A DNA stretch of 64,000 bases from Adineta vaga (Eukaryota > Animalia > Rotifera). The stretch lies in assembly GCA_021613535.1 (NCBI GenBank), contig CP075496.1, positions 2,294,001-2,358,000 of the forward strand, written 5' to 3'. The notes below the pieces were generated by a model. That model worked only from the letters and a program-made list of their open reading frames with translations. It ran no database searches and was not told the DNA's origin. This document shows, piece after piece, positions 26,055 through 41,300 of the stretch (position 1 is the first letter of the stretch; the number at the start of each line of letters is the position of its first letter). The translations under genes were made by a program, and so were the position numbers.

Positions 26055-26823
26055 ATCTTATGTTTCTAAATACGTGAAATGAGCGCACTTCTGACTTTCT
26101 ACGTCGTGTTTATAGTGATACAACAAATGTGATACTTACTACACTTAGACTTCCTTTTCTTTTTCTCCTTTTTTTTCTCATTGCGCACATAATATTTTTT
26201 GTGTGTATAGCTTCATTTTCTTGCATAAGTATATGTGTTCTTGATAGAAGCATCTGAGTGCAACATGCATATGGACGAGAAAAAGTAACAGAAATAGATA
26301 AAAAAAAGGAAGTCTTGTACAGTTACATCACAAGTACCTTGTCATTATAATCGTCGACAAAGAGAATATGCATATCAAGCAACGCAAATTTTTATGCGTC
26401 ATCTGTTCTATATAGAATAATAATTTTCTGAACGCTAATGAATCATTGTACAAACAAGGAGAAAATGTACTTAAAATACACCAATCGTAGGTGTACTGAA
26501 AAAAACCTTTAAAAAAAGTAAATGTAAATATGAGAATAGAGCGAAAAAAATTATGTTGTCTAAATATTATTTATGAAAAAATAGGAAATAGCAGAGAATA
26601 ATATTTATTTTTTTACAGAGCCTCATTTAGAATTCGACGTGAGAAATATCTACTCAATCAATTCACTAATACAATCAATGTAATATTTGTTTTGTTAGAA
26701 ATAGAAAAACGGATGAATGCATCATAGTGCTCATGTCAATCAGTATAATTATACATAGTATATTATCTGTTAGATACAAGAAAGAAAAACATTAAATCTT
26801 AGAAACAAAACATGAAAAACATA

Positions 26824-29800
26824 TCAGATTTTATTGAGCTCAATCATTTTTAGAACATGTTTCACTAATGTACGCTGTGATCCTAATGTAATCGATTTAG
26901 TTCCTCTACACATTTTCATTTGATCATCTTGCAATGTTGGTGAACATTCTTTTGTATGAAATACGTGCATCAAACTTGTATCAATTGTTCGAAAGACATT
27001 TAAAGTTGATGAATGAACTAATTTATCATAAATTTCAACATCTTCTTTTCCCCATCCATTTATTTCCACATTCCAATTTCCAATTGATCCTAAATCTGAT
27101 TTGTAAATTCCAAGCATACCAAAACCATATTGACGCCAATAACCAATATCATCACGTAAATGAAATGATGAAAAATTCATTTGTATTGAATTTGTTTCCC
27201 AATAATGTGGATCATATTGGCTGAAAATAATTGGAAAATAGACTTGTTTATGAAAAATAGTATGATGACGAATACGTGGAAATAAATCACGAGTAAAAAT
27301 CATATCAAGATCGATGAAAAATAATAAATCTGTATCATTAAAACGAGATGCACCATACGAACGTGCATAACCACGTGTGAAATTTCCATTCGGAACTTCA
27401 ATTAAATGTATACGTGATGCTTGCCGATTGGCAATGAATTTTTTTATATAATCAACTATTGTCGACATTTGTTCACCACTTTCTTCAGCTGTTTCCATTA
27501 GAATAACGTAAAGATGTATATTAAGAAATTCCGTATCATTAGAACGCATTACAATATGATCAAAATTCGTTAATAATCGTTTGAGTGTAGGAAGACGTCC
27601 ACTAACAGGTACGATCATATGTATAGGAACGAATGAAGAAGTAGAAGGAGAAGAAGATGTTACAGTCACATTTTTCTTAACAATCACCGGCGAAATTCGT
27701 TCAACAAGATTAGGAGAACCAGCTCCCGAAGAAATTTGTATTGCACTTGAAAAGGAGGAGAATAACTCGCGAAAGTATAGAGGACGAAATTTTTGTACGA
27801 CATACACACGTTTTCGTACAGGAACCTAAATAAAAATATATCATATATAAATTCAATTTATCAACAATTTCTTTCTCCTTCTTTTGATTAAATAACTTAC
27901 CGACATTTTTTTGCCCGAATATTTTCGATAGATAAGAAATAAATCCAGAATATAATTCATTCCATATCTTGGCGTATGTTTATAATAACCATAGAGAGTT
28001 TTTTTATATTCTAAAAATCGACCCATTGTTCTCGAAATTTTATTTACTTCTTCCATATATGTCCGAACTACTTCATCGAAACATTGTTTATATCCTGGCT
28101 CAATTGATCGTACTGGTAATTCAGTATTCGCTGAATATTGGCTAGCAGTAAATAATGTATATACATTAGGTTCATTTATTTCATATGAATAATTGTTTTT
28201 CTGACGAGAAAATTTATTATGATAATTATTTAATGTTTTTGTTCGTCTTAAATGATCATGATTGTTATTATTAATATGATAAGTTTTAATCGAAAGAGAA
28301 GGATCAAATAATGAGCGAAATATTGAATCATTAGATAAGTATGATGATTGGGATGGAGATGGTAACGAAGAACTAATTGATTGACTGAAATATTTTTGTA
28401 AAACTTTCCAAAATTGATGATCTAAAAATTAAATTTGAAAACAATTAGAAATGAAATCTTTAAAACTTCTCGTGTTCTATACCTTGTTGTTCGGGATTAT
28501 CATCAATAAATAATCGATATGTATTATTATATAATGACATAATTTGTTCAGCAATATGGTGATCAGGTTTATTTAAGATTTGATATTGTCGTTTTAATTT
28601 TACTTTAATTTGTTCATTCTTGGTTTTTTGTATTAATTTTGAAAGATTTTTTGCATGAAGTTTTATTTGATTGTTTACAACAATTATTTGATCATAAAGA
28701 CTAATTTGACGTCTCAATAACATATTTCGTTGTTCAAGTTCCATTATTCGTCGTTGTAAAGCAAAATTATGTACACGTGTAAATACACGTATGTCTTTTA
28801 TAGAATGAAGACTAACTGCACGAAGAATATCAGTCGATACAAGATTTGATGCTCGATATCCGTCAGTTTTATTTGGATGATTGTACAAAATATGTTGCAT
28901 TTCATATGACCATGTACATGATGTATTAGCAAATTTATGTACACATCGACCAAGTTCAACATCTTCATGAAATGTATAGAAATTTTTCAGACATTTCTTA
29001 ATATGTGGTGTAAAACGCGCTAAAGTTTCACGCGATAGAATAATTCCAGGTCCACCCATACAAAAATTTTCATTTTCACCTAAAGCTAATTTACCATATT
29101 CATCTTTTGTTCCCATACCTGGTTGACCAATATAATAAGGTTTGCCTAAAAGTACAAAATAGAAATTGTTTGATTTCGAATAACTATTCGATATTTACGA
29201 TTATCGATTGAGCGAAGTAATTTTTCTAAATTATCTGTTCTGATATAAACATCATCATCAACACGCATAAACCATTCGAATTTATTTAAATAATGATCAT
29301 AAATATATTTCATCATTAGAAACGATTTCTTTTGTGGCGGATATGTATCTGTTACTGATGGTAAACTCACAAGATTAATACGTGAATCATTTGTTGTTGA
29401 ACCTTCACTTGAAAAGAATATGACTTGACCAGGTACTTTGTCTGCCCATGTACGCATGACAGTAGGTGCACGTGTAGTTAAGAAATCTTTACTTGTCATA
29501 ACAGCAATCAAAATTAATTGTTTTTTTTGTGAAACACGTGGTAAATTAATTGTTGCGATGGAATTTACTCGAGTGTTATTATTATTATTGTTTAATAAAT
29601 TATTTGACTCATGTTGAGAAGATAAGTCATCTGTAATACAACGTTTAACATTACAAAGAAAAACAAGACCAGATTGAAAACCAATAACAGTAGAGATAAG
29701 TAAAAAAATTAATGATAACCACCATGATGGACCACGAATATTATTTGCAATACGACCATTATGTGGTGATGGTAGTGATTGACGATACGTTTTCTTTGAT

Positions 29801-29894
29801 GGTAAATTCAATTTGTTGGAATTCTAAGTAGAAAAAAATGTTTCATAATTCAATCTATTTACGTTAATTCAAAGAAATCAATCACCTGAGACAT
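26824..29894 (-). CDS. CHSY1: Chondroitin sulfate synthase 1-like
   Basis: N-terminal TM segment; IAVMTSKDFLTTRA, DTYPPQKKSFLMMKY, FEWFMRVDDDVY, FCMGGPGIILSRETL, HEDVELGRCV, FFIDLDMIF, QVYFPIIFSQY, GYWRQYGFGM, GWGKEDV. Micro-exon ATGTCTCAG at 29886-29894. Confidence 0.93.
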
Positions 29895-30337
29895 AAATCA
29901 CAAATTCATTTTTTAACTAAACTTTCTTCCTTCGGTTTTTTTTTCAAGTAGATGCACGCAAATCAAACCTGATATGACTTTCACATACAATTACTTTTTT
30001 CGTTTGAAGTATTTTTCATCTCTCTTCTCTAGTCAAGTATCCTCTTAGAAGAAATACAATCGTATCATGATACACTCGAAAAAACACTCATAATCATACG
30101 AATAACAACGAGAACATATTTCTATTTTTTCTATAATTACTTCAATGATATTTACCGACTTCGTCATTTCGAACACATTGTATTAACAAATGATTATCTT
30201 TAGTACGATTTAATTCATATTTTATCCTACTTCTTTTGCTTTTTTGTTCTGTCTGATTTATTATAATTGTGGACGATATCGAACACGCACATATGCGAAG
30301 GAAAAAAAAAGGCCAAAGTATTGAATTTTATACTTAG

Positions 30338-31335
30338 TTAATAGTTATAGAAACAGTGATCCCGTCGAAGTTTTGTCTTGTATGCAAACTTTCATGTAAA
30401 TACAAAAGAATTTTTTTTCTCCTTAGAAAATCAATATCAGACCTGACATAAACAGAAAGAGAAGGACTGATCCGCAAAACGAAATCTGATATTGAAACTA
30501 CAGAGATTGTATGAAGAGTAACCGAATAAATGAAAATATTTTATACTTTTTTCAAATTTAATCTCTCCTGACCTTGTCCATTGAAGACATTCTACGGTTA
30601 TCCATCTTGAATTTATCGACGATTTATTATGAAACAAAACAACAAGATGAAAGATTCAGATCTCATAAATCTTATTTTGACGAGTCAGACGTTTTTTTCG
30701 ATTAAATTTTCTAATTATATTGATCAAATAACTCTCCTACTTATTCATTTTCGATCAAAATCAACAAATTACAGTTCGGTTGTCGCGGCCCGAAGAAATA
30801 ACAAAACTCAACCTACTTAAACAAATAAAACGTGAAAATATTGAGCTTAACATTAGTAAACATATCGTGTATGAAAATAGATGTTTTTTTTATTGTGATT
30901 TGCAGAAAGAACTATTTGTTGTGTTAGCCGTCTAATAGAAGAAAAAAATGCATACTCTCTGAGTACATTCCTCGATTAAAATTAATGTAATTCATTACCA
31001 AGATTATTATTCTGCTACACACTCAATTTAAACCACGATACTTTATGCAGATTATAAATAAATAATCATTCGGCATATGTATCGTTAAGAATTAACTGTT
31101 TCTTTTTACGGTAGACCTTTGTCTATCTATTCTACAGGGATATAACAAATGATACACTTACATTAGATGAATCGGATAGAAGAATTGCAGGCTGACTGAT
31201 AGTTTTATTAAGATGATTAAATTGAGTATTTGTTTCTTGTGATATTCGACGTTTTGAATTGTGATAATTTTGTTGTTTATGATCACCAAATCCAAGAAGA
31301 TTTTCAATGATTTCGAATATTTTTAATAAAGGCAT
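30338..31335 (-). CDS. Hypothetical ~85-aa protein (3 exons)
   Basis: MPLLKIFEIIENLLG..SDSSN (GTAAGT donor) + MDNRRMSSMDK + FAYKTKLRRDHCFYNY* join in phase 0. No homology recognised. Confidence 0.4.
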
Positions 31336-34300
31336 GAAATTAATTTCAATCGAACTTCATATATGAATAAATATTATTTAAAAATCTAAAAGAAGAGAAA
31401 GATAATCATTTTCGTACAAATTGATGGAAATGTAATAAATAAAAAAAGAAAACAGAATTCCATGTATGGATAAATAAATATTTAATAAAAAAGAAAAGGA
31501 ACTTCTGAATAAATCAAATCAAATGTGCAAATAAGTTTGAGATTTCTTTCTATAAAAGTTATTGATTTAATAGCTCGCATCGTGTATCCAAGTTCGAACT
31601 TATTAATGATGCAAAAATTCTGATTATGGTACGAACGAAACAAAAAAAAAATGAATCCACTTTAGTCTCATGGAATATATATATATATATACGTACACAT
31701 ACCCTTCGGGGGCAATCAAATGCATACAACGTTTGAGAAGCTCTTGAAGTTCAATCAATAAAAGAGAAAATACGGAGTAGCGGCGAGAATAAACTTCAAA
31801 AGCAAATTGAAATTACATACGATTATGCCTAAAAGTAATAATCGATTCTAACTTCTGTTGACAACCATGAAAATAAAAACGAAATGAAATATGAGAAAAA
31901 GTTCTCGTTTCTTTTTTTTTCACTTATTTTTTATTTCACTACGCATAATTTCATTCAAATCGTCAAATGACAACTATTATTTCATTTATTTAATCCTTTT
32001 TCTCTTTTTCGTTGATTCACATAAACTTACGCCTCTCCATTAGTTATACGATCTCTCTACGAACGTCATCGTAACTCATAACAACAGCAGTTTGTTAACC
32101 AAATATTTTTTATCATTCATGTGACACATTTAATCACTTGTTTTTTTTAAACTAAACTACTCTACATATTAGTAATATTTCATTCAATTCTACACGAATC
32201 TCACTGTAACAAATGAATGTCGAAAGTAATTACTCACATTTAGATTTCTTTTAGATGACAAACAAACAAAACTTTCTCACATATTGATAGTTTTTCAGGT
32301 TTATATATGTAAATAATCGAATTTTCTGCGAAAAATATCTTTCGTTTCACTTTTCTCTTCCAAATCAACTCATGACGTATTGTATTTTCATCAGAGCTAT
32401 TTTTCTTACTTTTGTCGACCAATTTTACTTGAGTCATGAATGATTTCTCAAATAAATTTTGAAAATATGGAACATAAACAAATGAAGTTATTGAAAAATA
32501 GTAGAATTGTTAAATCTCACCTTGAATAATGAAATAATAAGTATCTGAAAAGAAAATAAAATTATTTTTTCTCCTGAAGGATTAAAAAAAAATAATCCCA
32601 TCAATGTAAAAATCATGATCGACAAAAGGAACTGACAAAACTGTTATTTTACAACCATAGTAACTTTGATTCCAAAAATATAACGATGATCCTTTTTCAC
32701 AATGTATTAAATTTATGAAAAGAGAAACTATTCAAGAATAAATCAAGCTTTATGTGATGTTCTTACCCCTATTTCTCCTTGTCGACAAAGAAAAAGTATC
32801 AACAGTCTTGTTCTTTTCAATTTGCAGATGTTTGAAAGTAATCAATCTTAATCAAATCTAATAAGTCTTGTTTTTCGTCAGACGTAAATTCATAGAATAA
32901 TCAAAATCACGTACGATTTCTTTCATTGTATGAATATAAGTATGAAGGATTTGTTTCTACCTAAGAAGTTTGAAGTGAAATCAGTTTTCAAACATTTTAT
33001 TATACGGAATTAATGGTAATGTTGAAATCTTTTCGGTTTTTTTCCTATTTTCTTTTGACGTTATTATTGTTGATCTTATTGCACTATGCAGTTGTACGTT
33101 TTCGTTGAAAAAAAAAACGCATCGATTTTGTTTTCAAATGAAACAGTCAAACGATTTGAAAAGTTATTAGAAAAATATATGGTTAAAAAGTGTTACGCAT
33201 ACTCTTGCTTATCAGAATTACAGACAGATCGGAATTTTTGGAGACGACAGAGACCTTATATATGCGAGTAAGGCAAAAAAATAATATACGGACGATATTT
33301 AAGTACATTTTCGTGTTTAGAAAAAGAAGTGTGATACTCAATACAATTCTCAATTTGAAGAACAAATGTTAGAAATAGTCAAGTTAGAATAACGAATTTT
33401 TTCATAATATAAATAAGGGAGCACAAAAAGAAGTAGAATGACTATACCTACTGACTTTATATATTTCTGTCAACCTGTAGATGTCAGCATATAAACAGAC
33501 GCTAATTTGTAGTCATTAATCACTTATTGATTGAGAACATCTATGTATTAAATCCTTGTTTACTAAAGAATTTATTCTAAATATATTGAAACATGCAGAA
33601 GAATCTCTTCTATTAATAGGAATTAAAAAAAACAAATGATTACTCACATAACATAGTGATTTGAAAAATACAAATCTTATTGTTACTAATTTTCGATTTG
33701 TAACGCAAAGTATTTCTTCCAGAAGTTCGTTTCAGTACAAAACAATATCAAAGCTCGTGTTCCATTTCGAATAATGAGATAAATATATGAAATAAAGCTC
33801 GATAACAAAAACATACATAATTATATTGATGAAGATATGTATACATATTATTTTGAGTTAACAGAACATTGTACGAATAATGTTCTTATTAATAACATAT
33901 GAAGAATATATATCTGAAAATAATCAAAAAAAAAATGTCATCAATATCGACGTTGTATAATGTCAGAATAAGATTATTGACGAAAAGAAAAATACGAATT
34001 GGAAGAGAAATCTGACAAAAACAACATTATATTTTCATTCTGAATACACGACTATATTATTTGAATCATTTCACCAATTTGTAATCAGATGTATGATCTA
34101 CATAAAGGTCCAAAGCATAATAATTATCTCACCTGAACAAGAAATAGTCATGCATATTTAACAATGAATCTATTTTCAATGTAATATACGTGAGATTAAC
34201 TTTAAATTTATCTCCTTTATAATCATATTTGGAAAAGAAAAACGTCAAACTTACTTTTCTTTCCTGTTTCATTTTCAGTCGACTAATTCATCATTTATTT

Positions 34301-34451
34301 CATCGTCATGACAGTCCAATAAGTTATTTACTTAAGTACATATGTATGTGCGTATGTGTCTCATGCATGTTTTTCTTCCTATAGACTTTTTCGTTCGATC
34401 TAAACACACACACACACACATGGTTTTGATCGGCGAGTATACTCACAAGTT

Positions 34452-34474
34452 NNNNNNNNNNNNNNNNNNNNNNN
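34452..34474. other. Assembly gap (23 N)
   Basis: Run of N flanked on both sides by CACAAGTT, suggesting an unmerged contig overlap. Confidence 0.95.
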
Positions 34475-35382
34475 CACAAGTTAAAATCACATTCTCAAAT
34501 ATTTGAATAAAAGCAAAAAACCGCCTATCTCAGAAGAATAAATTCCGTACTTATCATTTGTCTGTCAACCTGATCCCACTAACTGAAATATCAAGCGTTT
34601 ACTTACATGATGTTATACATATGTCTGTCTCATTCTATTATGTCATAAAACAATACTCTCGTTACGTAATATTATACATGTCTGAGAAATATAAGGACGA
34701 AGAATCATACAAAATGCATCTACTGATAAGAATAAGAACAATACTCGAAAATGTTACTTCTTTCAAAGAGAAGAGAAGAGAAGACTTAACTGTTTGTGTA
34801 TATTGTATGATTGTTCATATTACTCTGATGACAATAAAAGAAAATTCGAACAATCTAAAGATAAGAGTATGAAGAAAGAAGCAAATTGTTCAGAATCAAT
34901 GAAATATTGTTGTTATGTATCACTATACGAGTTCAGTCAACACTAGATATTCATGTGAACAAGTATTAGCATAAGTATGCATTAGAAATTCTGATGTTAT
35001 AACTTTATTTCATGATTTATATTTATATTTTCATTTCTTTTAAAGCTTTCAATGATGAAGTCCTTTTTACAGACAAGGACACAACAGTATTGACTTCTTG
35101 AATGAGAATATTTTTACTCTTTTATTCTTTCTTTCAATGAAGAAGTGATAAATGTAAGAATGATCATATGAATCCAATATATGACCAATAAATTTCTATT
35201 TGACAAAGAAATTTTTTAATATTTTAAAAATTGAAAAAGAAAATCACACAAACAATTAAGAAATTTCACTGCATAGATGCGTGTGTTACGAGCGTTTACG
35301 TCAAGTATACATATATAAATTGTGGTCATTATTATCACGGGGCCATAAAACAAGTAGACGCAGAGAGAATAAACTAATTTGT

Positions 35383-38300
35383 TTATAAATGACTGATATG
35401 AGGTTTTTGTAGAATATTATTTGATGAATCTCGTTGGGGTGGTTGTGGTTTAAAAGATGGACGAGGAATACTTGATTTACGTGGAGGAACAGGAGGTACA
35501 GGTTTACTAGTCGATAGTGTTGTTGTTGAAATTTTGCTATTTGTTAATGAATTGTTCGACGTAGATGAAACGAGTGATTTATTTAACGAACGTGTTTGTG
35601 ATATTGATGTAGAAAGTTTAAGTGATGGTGCAACAAGTCCACTTTTGACAGGTAATGGAGGTTGCCGGCCATGGGTACGAAATGTTGTGGTAGGTTTTTT
35701 TAATGATGTGACATTGGTTGTTGAGGGTAATTTTGATCGATTGAAGTTCATTGCACTCATGATAGTTGGTTTAGATTTAGTTGAATTTAAAGAAATTTTA
35801 TTGATATTTGTCGATGGATTTGATAGACCTTCGAGAAATGTGGGTGATGGAAGAGGAAAATCTGAATCATCTAAATTTAATGAATCCGATTTTGATGTAA
35901 CAGATAACGAACTAACACTGCGATGATCTATATATTCATAGAACAAATATAAAAGATTAGTTGTTGAAATAATAATTTAAACTTACCATCTCGTTTTGAT
36001 GGCATAATAAAACTTTTACTCATGTGTTGTTGCTGCTGTTGTTGTTGTTGATAATGATTTCCATTGGTAAATTGAGATTGATATCCAGATGTATTTGAAC
36101 TATTTGTTAATCGATACGATAAATTTCTAGCAGATATTTGAATTGCTGGTAGTTGTTTTCGTGGTAATGGTGTTGAACCTATTGTTATTGATGTAGTTTG
36201 ATGATTCGTATTCATTGTACGTAAGTTTTCTGTCGAACTTAAACATTGCGTTGACGGAGTTGATTTTAATTTTGGTGGAGAAATTAATGTTGCTGTTGTT
36301 GTTGTACGAGCTGGTCCTTTTGTTAATGATGAAACTGAATGATTGGAAGATGTTGGAATTGATAAAGATGTTGATTTTGGAGGAATACGTGGTATAGCTG
36401 TTGGACGATTTCCAGCAGATGAGAGAACTTGTGTGGGAATAGATGGAATCGGAAGACGAAATGATTTTGAGACAGGTAGGCATGAATGACGTTCAAGTGA
36501 ATTTAAAGATAGTTGTGATTGAGTTGGTGATGAGACTGATGGAATAGGTGATGGTGGATCATTAAGAACACGTTCAAGTCTTTGACGTAATTCATCCATA
36601 TAACTAGCTGATTTAATCGGAGAATTTTCATCATTATGATCATCTTCTTCTTCTTCTTCTTCTTGATCGTTTTGATTTCCATCATTACTCAATATACTTG
36701 TTGAAACTACAGGAAAGAAAATGTCATCGACTAAAAAACAATCGAATTATAGTAACTTACTTGTATTCGTACAACGTGTTAAGTGAGGTGATTCCGATGA
36801 TTTTGGAGAATGATATTGATTATTTGTTGATGCAACAGGTATTCGATTAAGTACTTGTCGATCACGAATTGATGCACATGGCATCGGTGAAGAACATACT
36901 TCAATCGTATTGGCGTTCGTTGGTTGTTCATCTGGTGTTTTCGATTGAGCAGCACAAACAGCAGCAAATCGACCTAAAATAGTTTGAAAAAAATTAAACA
37001 TTTTCTATCATTGACGAAATAAATATACCTGATGATCGATAGATATTCATTGCTTTTTCCATTAGAAAATGATTGATTTTTAATTGTTGTCCAAACTAAC
37101 AAAAAACAAATCTCTCTTTTCATTTCAACATTGAATCTTTTTCACGTACTTTAGCTATACGAATACTTGTTGTCCATTGATCAAATTCATTTTTCGTATC
37201 TACACACATGTATTTGATATATTTCGAACTTTTCTTTTGAATTAATGGATGCTAATGAAAAAGAGACATTTTCATAATTTAAACATACAAAAACAAAACA
37301 AAGTTCATGCTTTACTTTCAATGCAAAACAATAATCACTCGGCGATTTGAATTTCTTTTTCCAACCAAGACCAAAAAATAATTCGACATTTTCAAATTTC
37401 GCCAAACAAACAAGATCTTTCTATAAAAATATATTTAATTGATGAATATAAATCAAGACTAAAATAATAATTACATACTTTGCTTTTGCCTTTTGGAACA
37501 AAATAAAGGCCTGATGAACGAAGTACACAAAAATGTTTCTTCCATGATTTACGTGATTTTTCTTTTAAATAAATCACGCCTTCGATATCTGGAGTTTTCA
37601 ATAATTCATCATAAATCATCATTGTACCATCTTTTCCCTATATATGTATGTCTTATCTTTTTAATATAAAGTTCTAAAAACAAAACAAACTTACAAGAAG
37701 TGAAGTTGTTGTTCGAAAGAGAGCATATTTTTCTTGTCGTTTAGTAAATATCAGTCGATTTGTAGATGTTGTTGGCCACATTAGAATTGCTTCTGTTAAT
37801 TTTTGATGATCTTCAAAAATACGCTCTGTAAAATAAAACAAAAAACATTGATTTTATTTCATCCCAATTCATTACCCATATGAAGATCAGGTAGTGTTTC
37901 AACGAGAGCATAATCAATATCAGGCTCTCGATGATTTTTATGAACAAGTACAAAGAGAACATCACGAATTGACATCGAATGATCAATCAAAATGCTCTTT
38001 GTTGAACCATCATCATTATAAGTACGAATAAGTAATTTCGATGGATGTTGAGATTGCGAAGAATTTGTATCGTTTGCATCGACAATTAATGATGTTGTCT
38101 GCTTTGTAGCACTTGTCATTGTTACAATTGAACGACAAGTTATCTACAAAATCAAAGAATTGATGTATTCATATAAATAGTAAATACTTACTGGTTCATC
38201 TTGATTAGAGGATGTAACTTTATCAGTTGATCCACTATCACTAAATGCAGAATCACAATCATCAGTCATGTTCATCGTAGCAGTTTTTGACGTAAATGAA

Positions 38301-41300
38301 AGAGTAGTAGTAGCTGTTGTTGTGCTTGTAATTGGATTGTTTGTATTCGATATATTATTGTAGAGATTGAGTGAATCGTTGGCAATTTCATCACCAAGAC
38401 CACTTGAACAAGCACTTGAACCAGATGAACGTTGTTGTTGTTGAGCATCAAGATCGGTTGTTGTACAATCATTGATTGTTAATGTTAAACTAGCTAGTGC
38501 AGCTTCAAGTTGATCTTCAAGTGTACGCAGTTCATGAACACAACCATTTGTGTTCGTTATCGAGGAAGATGATATTGTTGTTGTTGTAGCTGATGATTGG
38601 GGTGGTGGTGGTGACGAATGATCTAATGGGGAGTTCATTTTAGTAGGTCTTTTAATTACTGATGATGAAGAAGAAGTTGACGAGGATGGTGAAGGCAGTG
38701 ATGAAAGTTTAGAACATTCTTCAAATTGAATTTTGAAATCTCGTAATTCAGATATAATCGCGTCGAGTTCAGCTGAATCGTCTTCGTCTAAAAAATTCCA
38801 AAAACAGATATGTAAGAGACAAATAAATGAAATCATATAATGATTAACGTGTGAACACTATCTTGTTTGATGACCTCTTCATCCTTATTCACGTAATAAT
38901 TTACACAGTTCCTCTTCTCCGAAACAATATTTGATATACGATAATGCCCTTTTTCTTTCTCACATATAGATATACATGTATAGTTGTTCATACTCTTCGA
39001 CGTGTGTATTTCCGATTGACGATTAAGATAGACAAAGAGAAAGAATAGAATAGTAGAAGCAAATAGGAAGAATGATGTATGTTCACACATCTAATTCCGA
39101 CGGAAACAGTCGTACTTTCTCTTCTCTTCTCTTCTCTCTTCTATGTTCTATGTACAGCTATTGAAGCACATACAGAAAAGAAGTACTATAATAGTTATGT
39201 AAGACAAACAGACCAATGTTGTGTGAGTAAGATTACATTGTCCGACAAGAAATAATGGAACGATGATGATGACAATGACAGAAATTTCAAATAATTTATG
39301 TCATCAACATATAAGATAGAAAAAAAGACTATCATGGATTTAAAATAGTAGAAAATTAATACATAAGCCTGGATTCCTATGCATCTTATTTAAGCTTACG
39401 TATATAATATGTTCATAGTGCAACAAAATTGAAGAGTACAAAAAGACAAAGAAGTAGAAGAAGAAGAAGGGTCATATTCTTCGATGCTCTTTTTTCTAGG
39501 ATGACTGAACTTGCAAGGACACAATTATAACTATGCCAATATATATATATATATTAAAGGGAAGAAGAATAATGATGATGTAATCATTAATATCTTATTT
39601 CATCTTATTACAAACTCGATCCTATCATACTACTGATTTTATAGATATTAGAACATTAATATTTGAGATTTGATACAGTCTTATATGTATATATATTCTT
39701 TCTTTCTTTCTTTCTCTCTCTCTATTCAAGATAATTACAATATTCTTCTTCTACCTTCCAACTATTATCTATCTAAAGAATAAAAAGCTTTTATATATGA
39801 TTGACACTTGCTCATCATTGCATGAATGATTCTATCGTCTAAAAACGACATTATGTCGTGCCACACTCTGTCACTTTTCCACACATGCGTAGAAAAAAAT
39901 GTGGTTCGTTTGCTATGATAGTTTTATCTTATTACATCATTTTTTTGTCTAGTTAAGGAAATACATAACATACACCGTTTATTCTGTCACATCTATCATT
40001 ATCGTTTATCATACATCGTATTTTCATTAATCTTTACTGTCGTTTAGGAAACATTTAGAAGGTAATTGACGTGAAACGCCTTCAACGTCTTCTCTTCTAT
40101 AATTTGATGTTTGATTTATGTCAAGCAAAAAAAGAAGAAAAAAGTAGATAAAACATAGCCTACCATAAAGATGAATTGAAGATGGAGAATATGAACCATG
40201 TATATGATTGATCTGAGTTTGACGCTATAAATAAAATATATAGATATATATATAAATAAATAAGTATATATGTAAATAAATATATGCATGTATATATCGG
40301 GATCTATTTCACTTAGGAATTCACCTCGATATTCTTATTGTCCATGAAAGATAATGTTGAATTCGAGAGAAATATTTGTGTGTATGAAAGAACTACTCGA
40401 CGAAGGAATGAGTCAATATGTCATTGACTAAGAAAGCGAAGGAAAAAGATGAATAAACAATCCTTGCTATTGTTGAACATACTTTATTTATCATGCACTC
40501 TTCCTTTTCTCTAATCAAATCAATCTATCTGTACATAATGTACATTTACATGTTCAAGTAAACTATAGTGATTGAATACTTAACGATCATTATTTTAACG
40601 CGTGCTCACACATGATAGAAGTGAATACATCGTATCTAAGAGAGAAAGAAATGAAAAACAATTAGATTGTGAATAAATACATGCCGTCTCACAGGAGGCA
40701 AATTACTCAGACGTTTATATCGTAGACAGATAGAAGAAAACAAAAGTAGATAATACAATGAGAGTTAGTATCCATCTGTTTTTGTTGATGTTCGTTTTTC
40801 TGTTCAGTTTAAATAAGCAGACAAAATAAAAGAAGTGGAAGAAGTTCAAGAATATTCAAACAACTAGAACAAAGCATAGACATATTCCATCTAACAAATT
40901 GAGCTAATTACCAATATTCATATTTATTTTCTGATTAATAAATCCTTCTTAATAGATAATATTGTATCCAGAGATTAGTTAAGAAAAAATATAAATTGGA
41001 AAAAAACAAAGTGAACTGATCCTGTTTTTCTGTCAATTCAAATTATCGATCGTAGAAAATCGAAAATGGTAATTTCTTCTCGATAATCAACATAAACAGC
41101 AAACACTTGAGCACTTCCTGTATGTAGTATATCTGTCCGGTTTCTATTTACTCAAAAATGAAAGAAGACAAGAGATTTGTCAAACAAATTTATGTTAAAC
41201 ATTCACTTAGTTGCACAAATAAAAGACAAGGTTCTCTTACATTTGTAAAAGTAAAGTAATGAAAGAATTAAAAATGAATTAGAAGCATGTGTAAATATAT

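Noticed and set aside
31400-35300. Gene-poor 4-kb stretch with short ORFs and (TA)n/(CA)n runs
   Set aside because: No coherent exon chain, repeat array or structured RNA recognised; treated as intergenic.
35534-36685. Several overlapping ORFs
   Set aside because: Shadow frames of the Ser/Thr/Pro-rich MRL exons.
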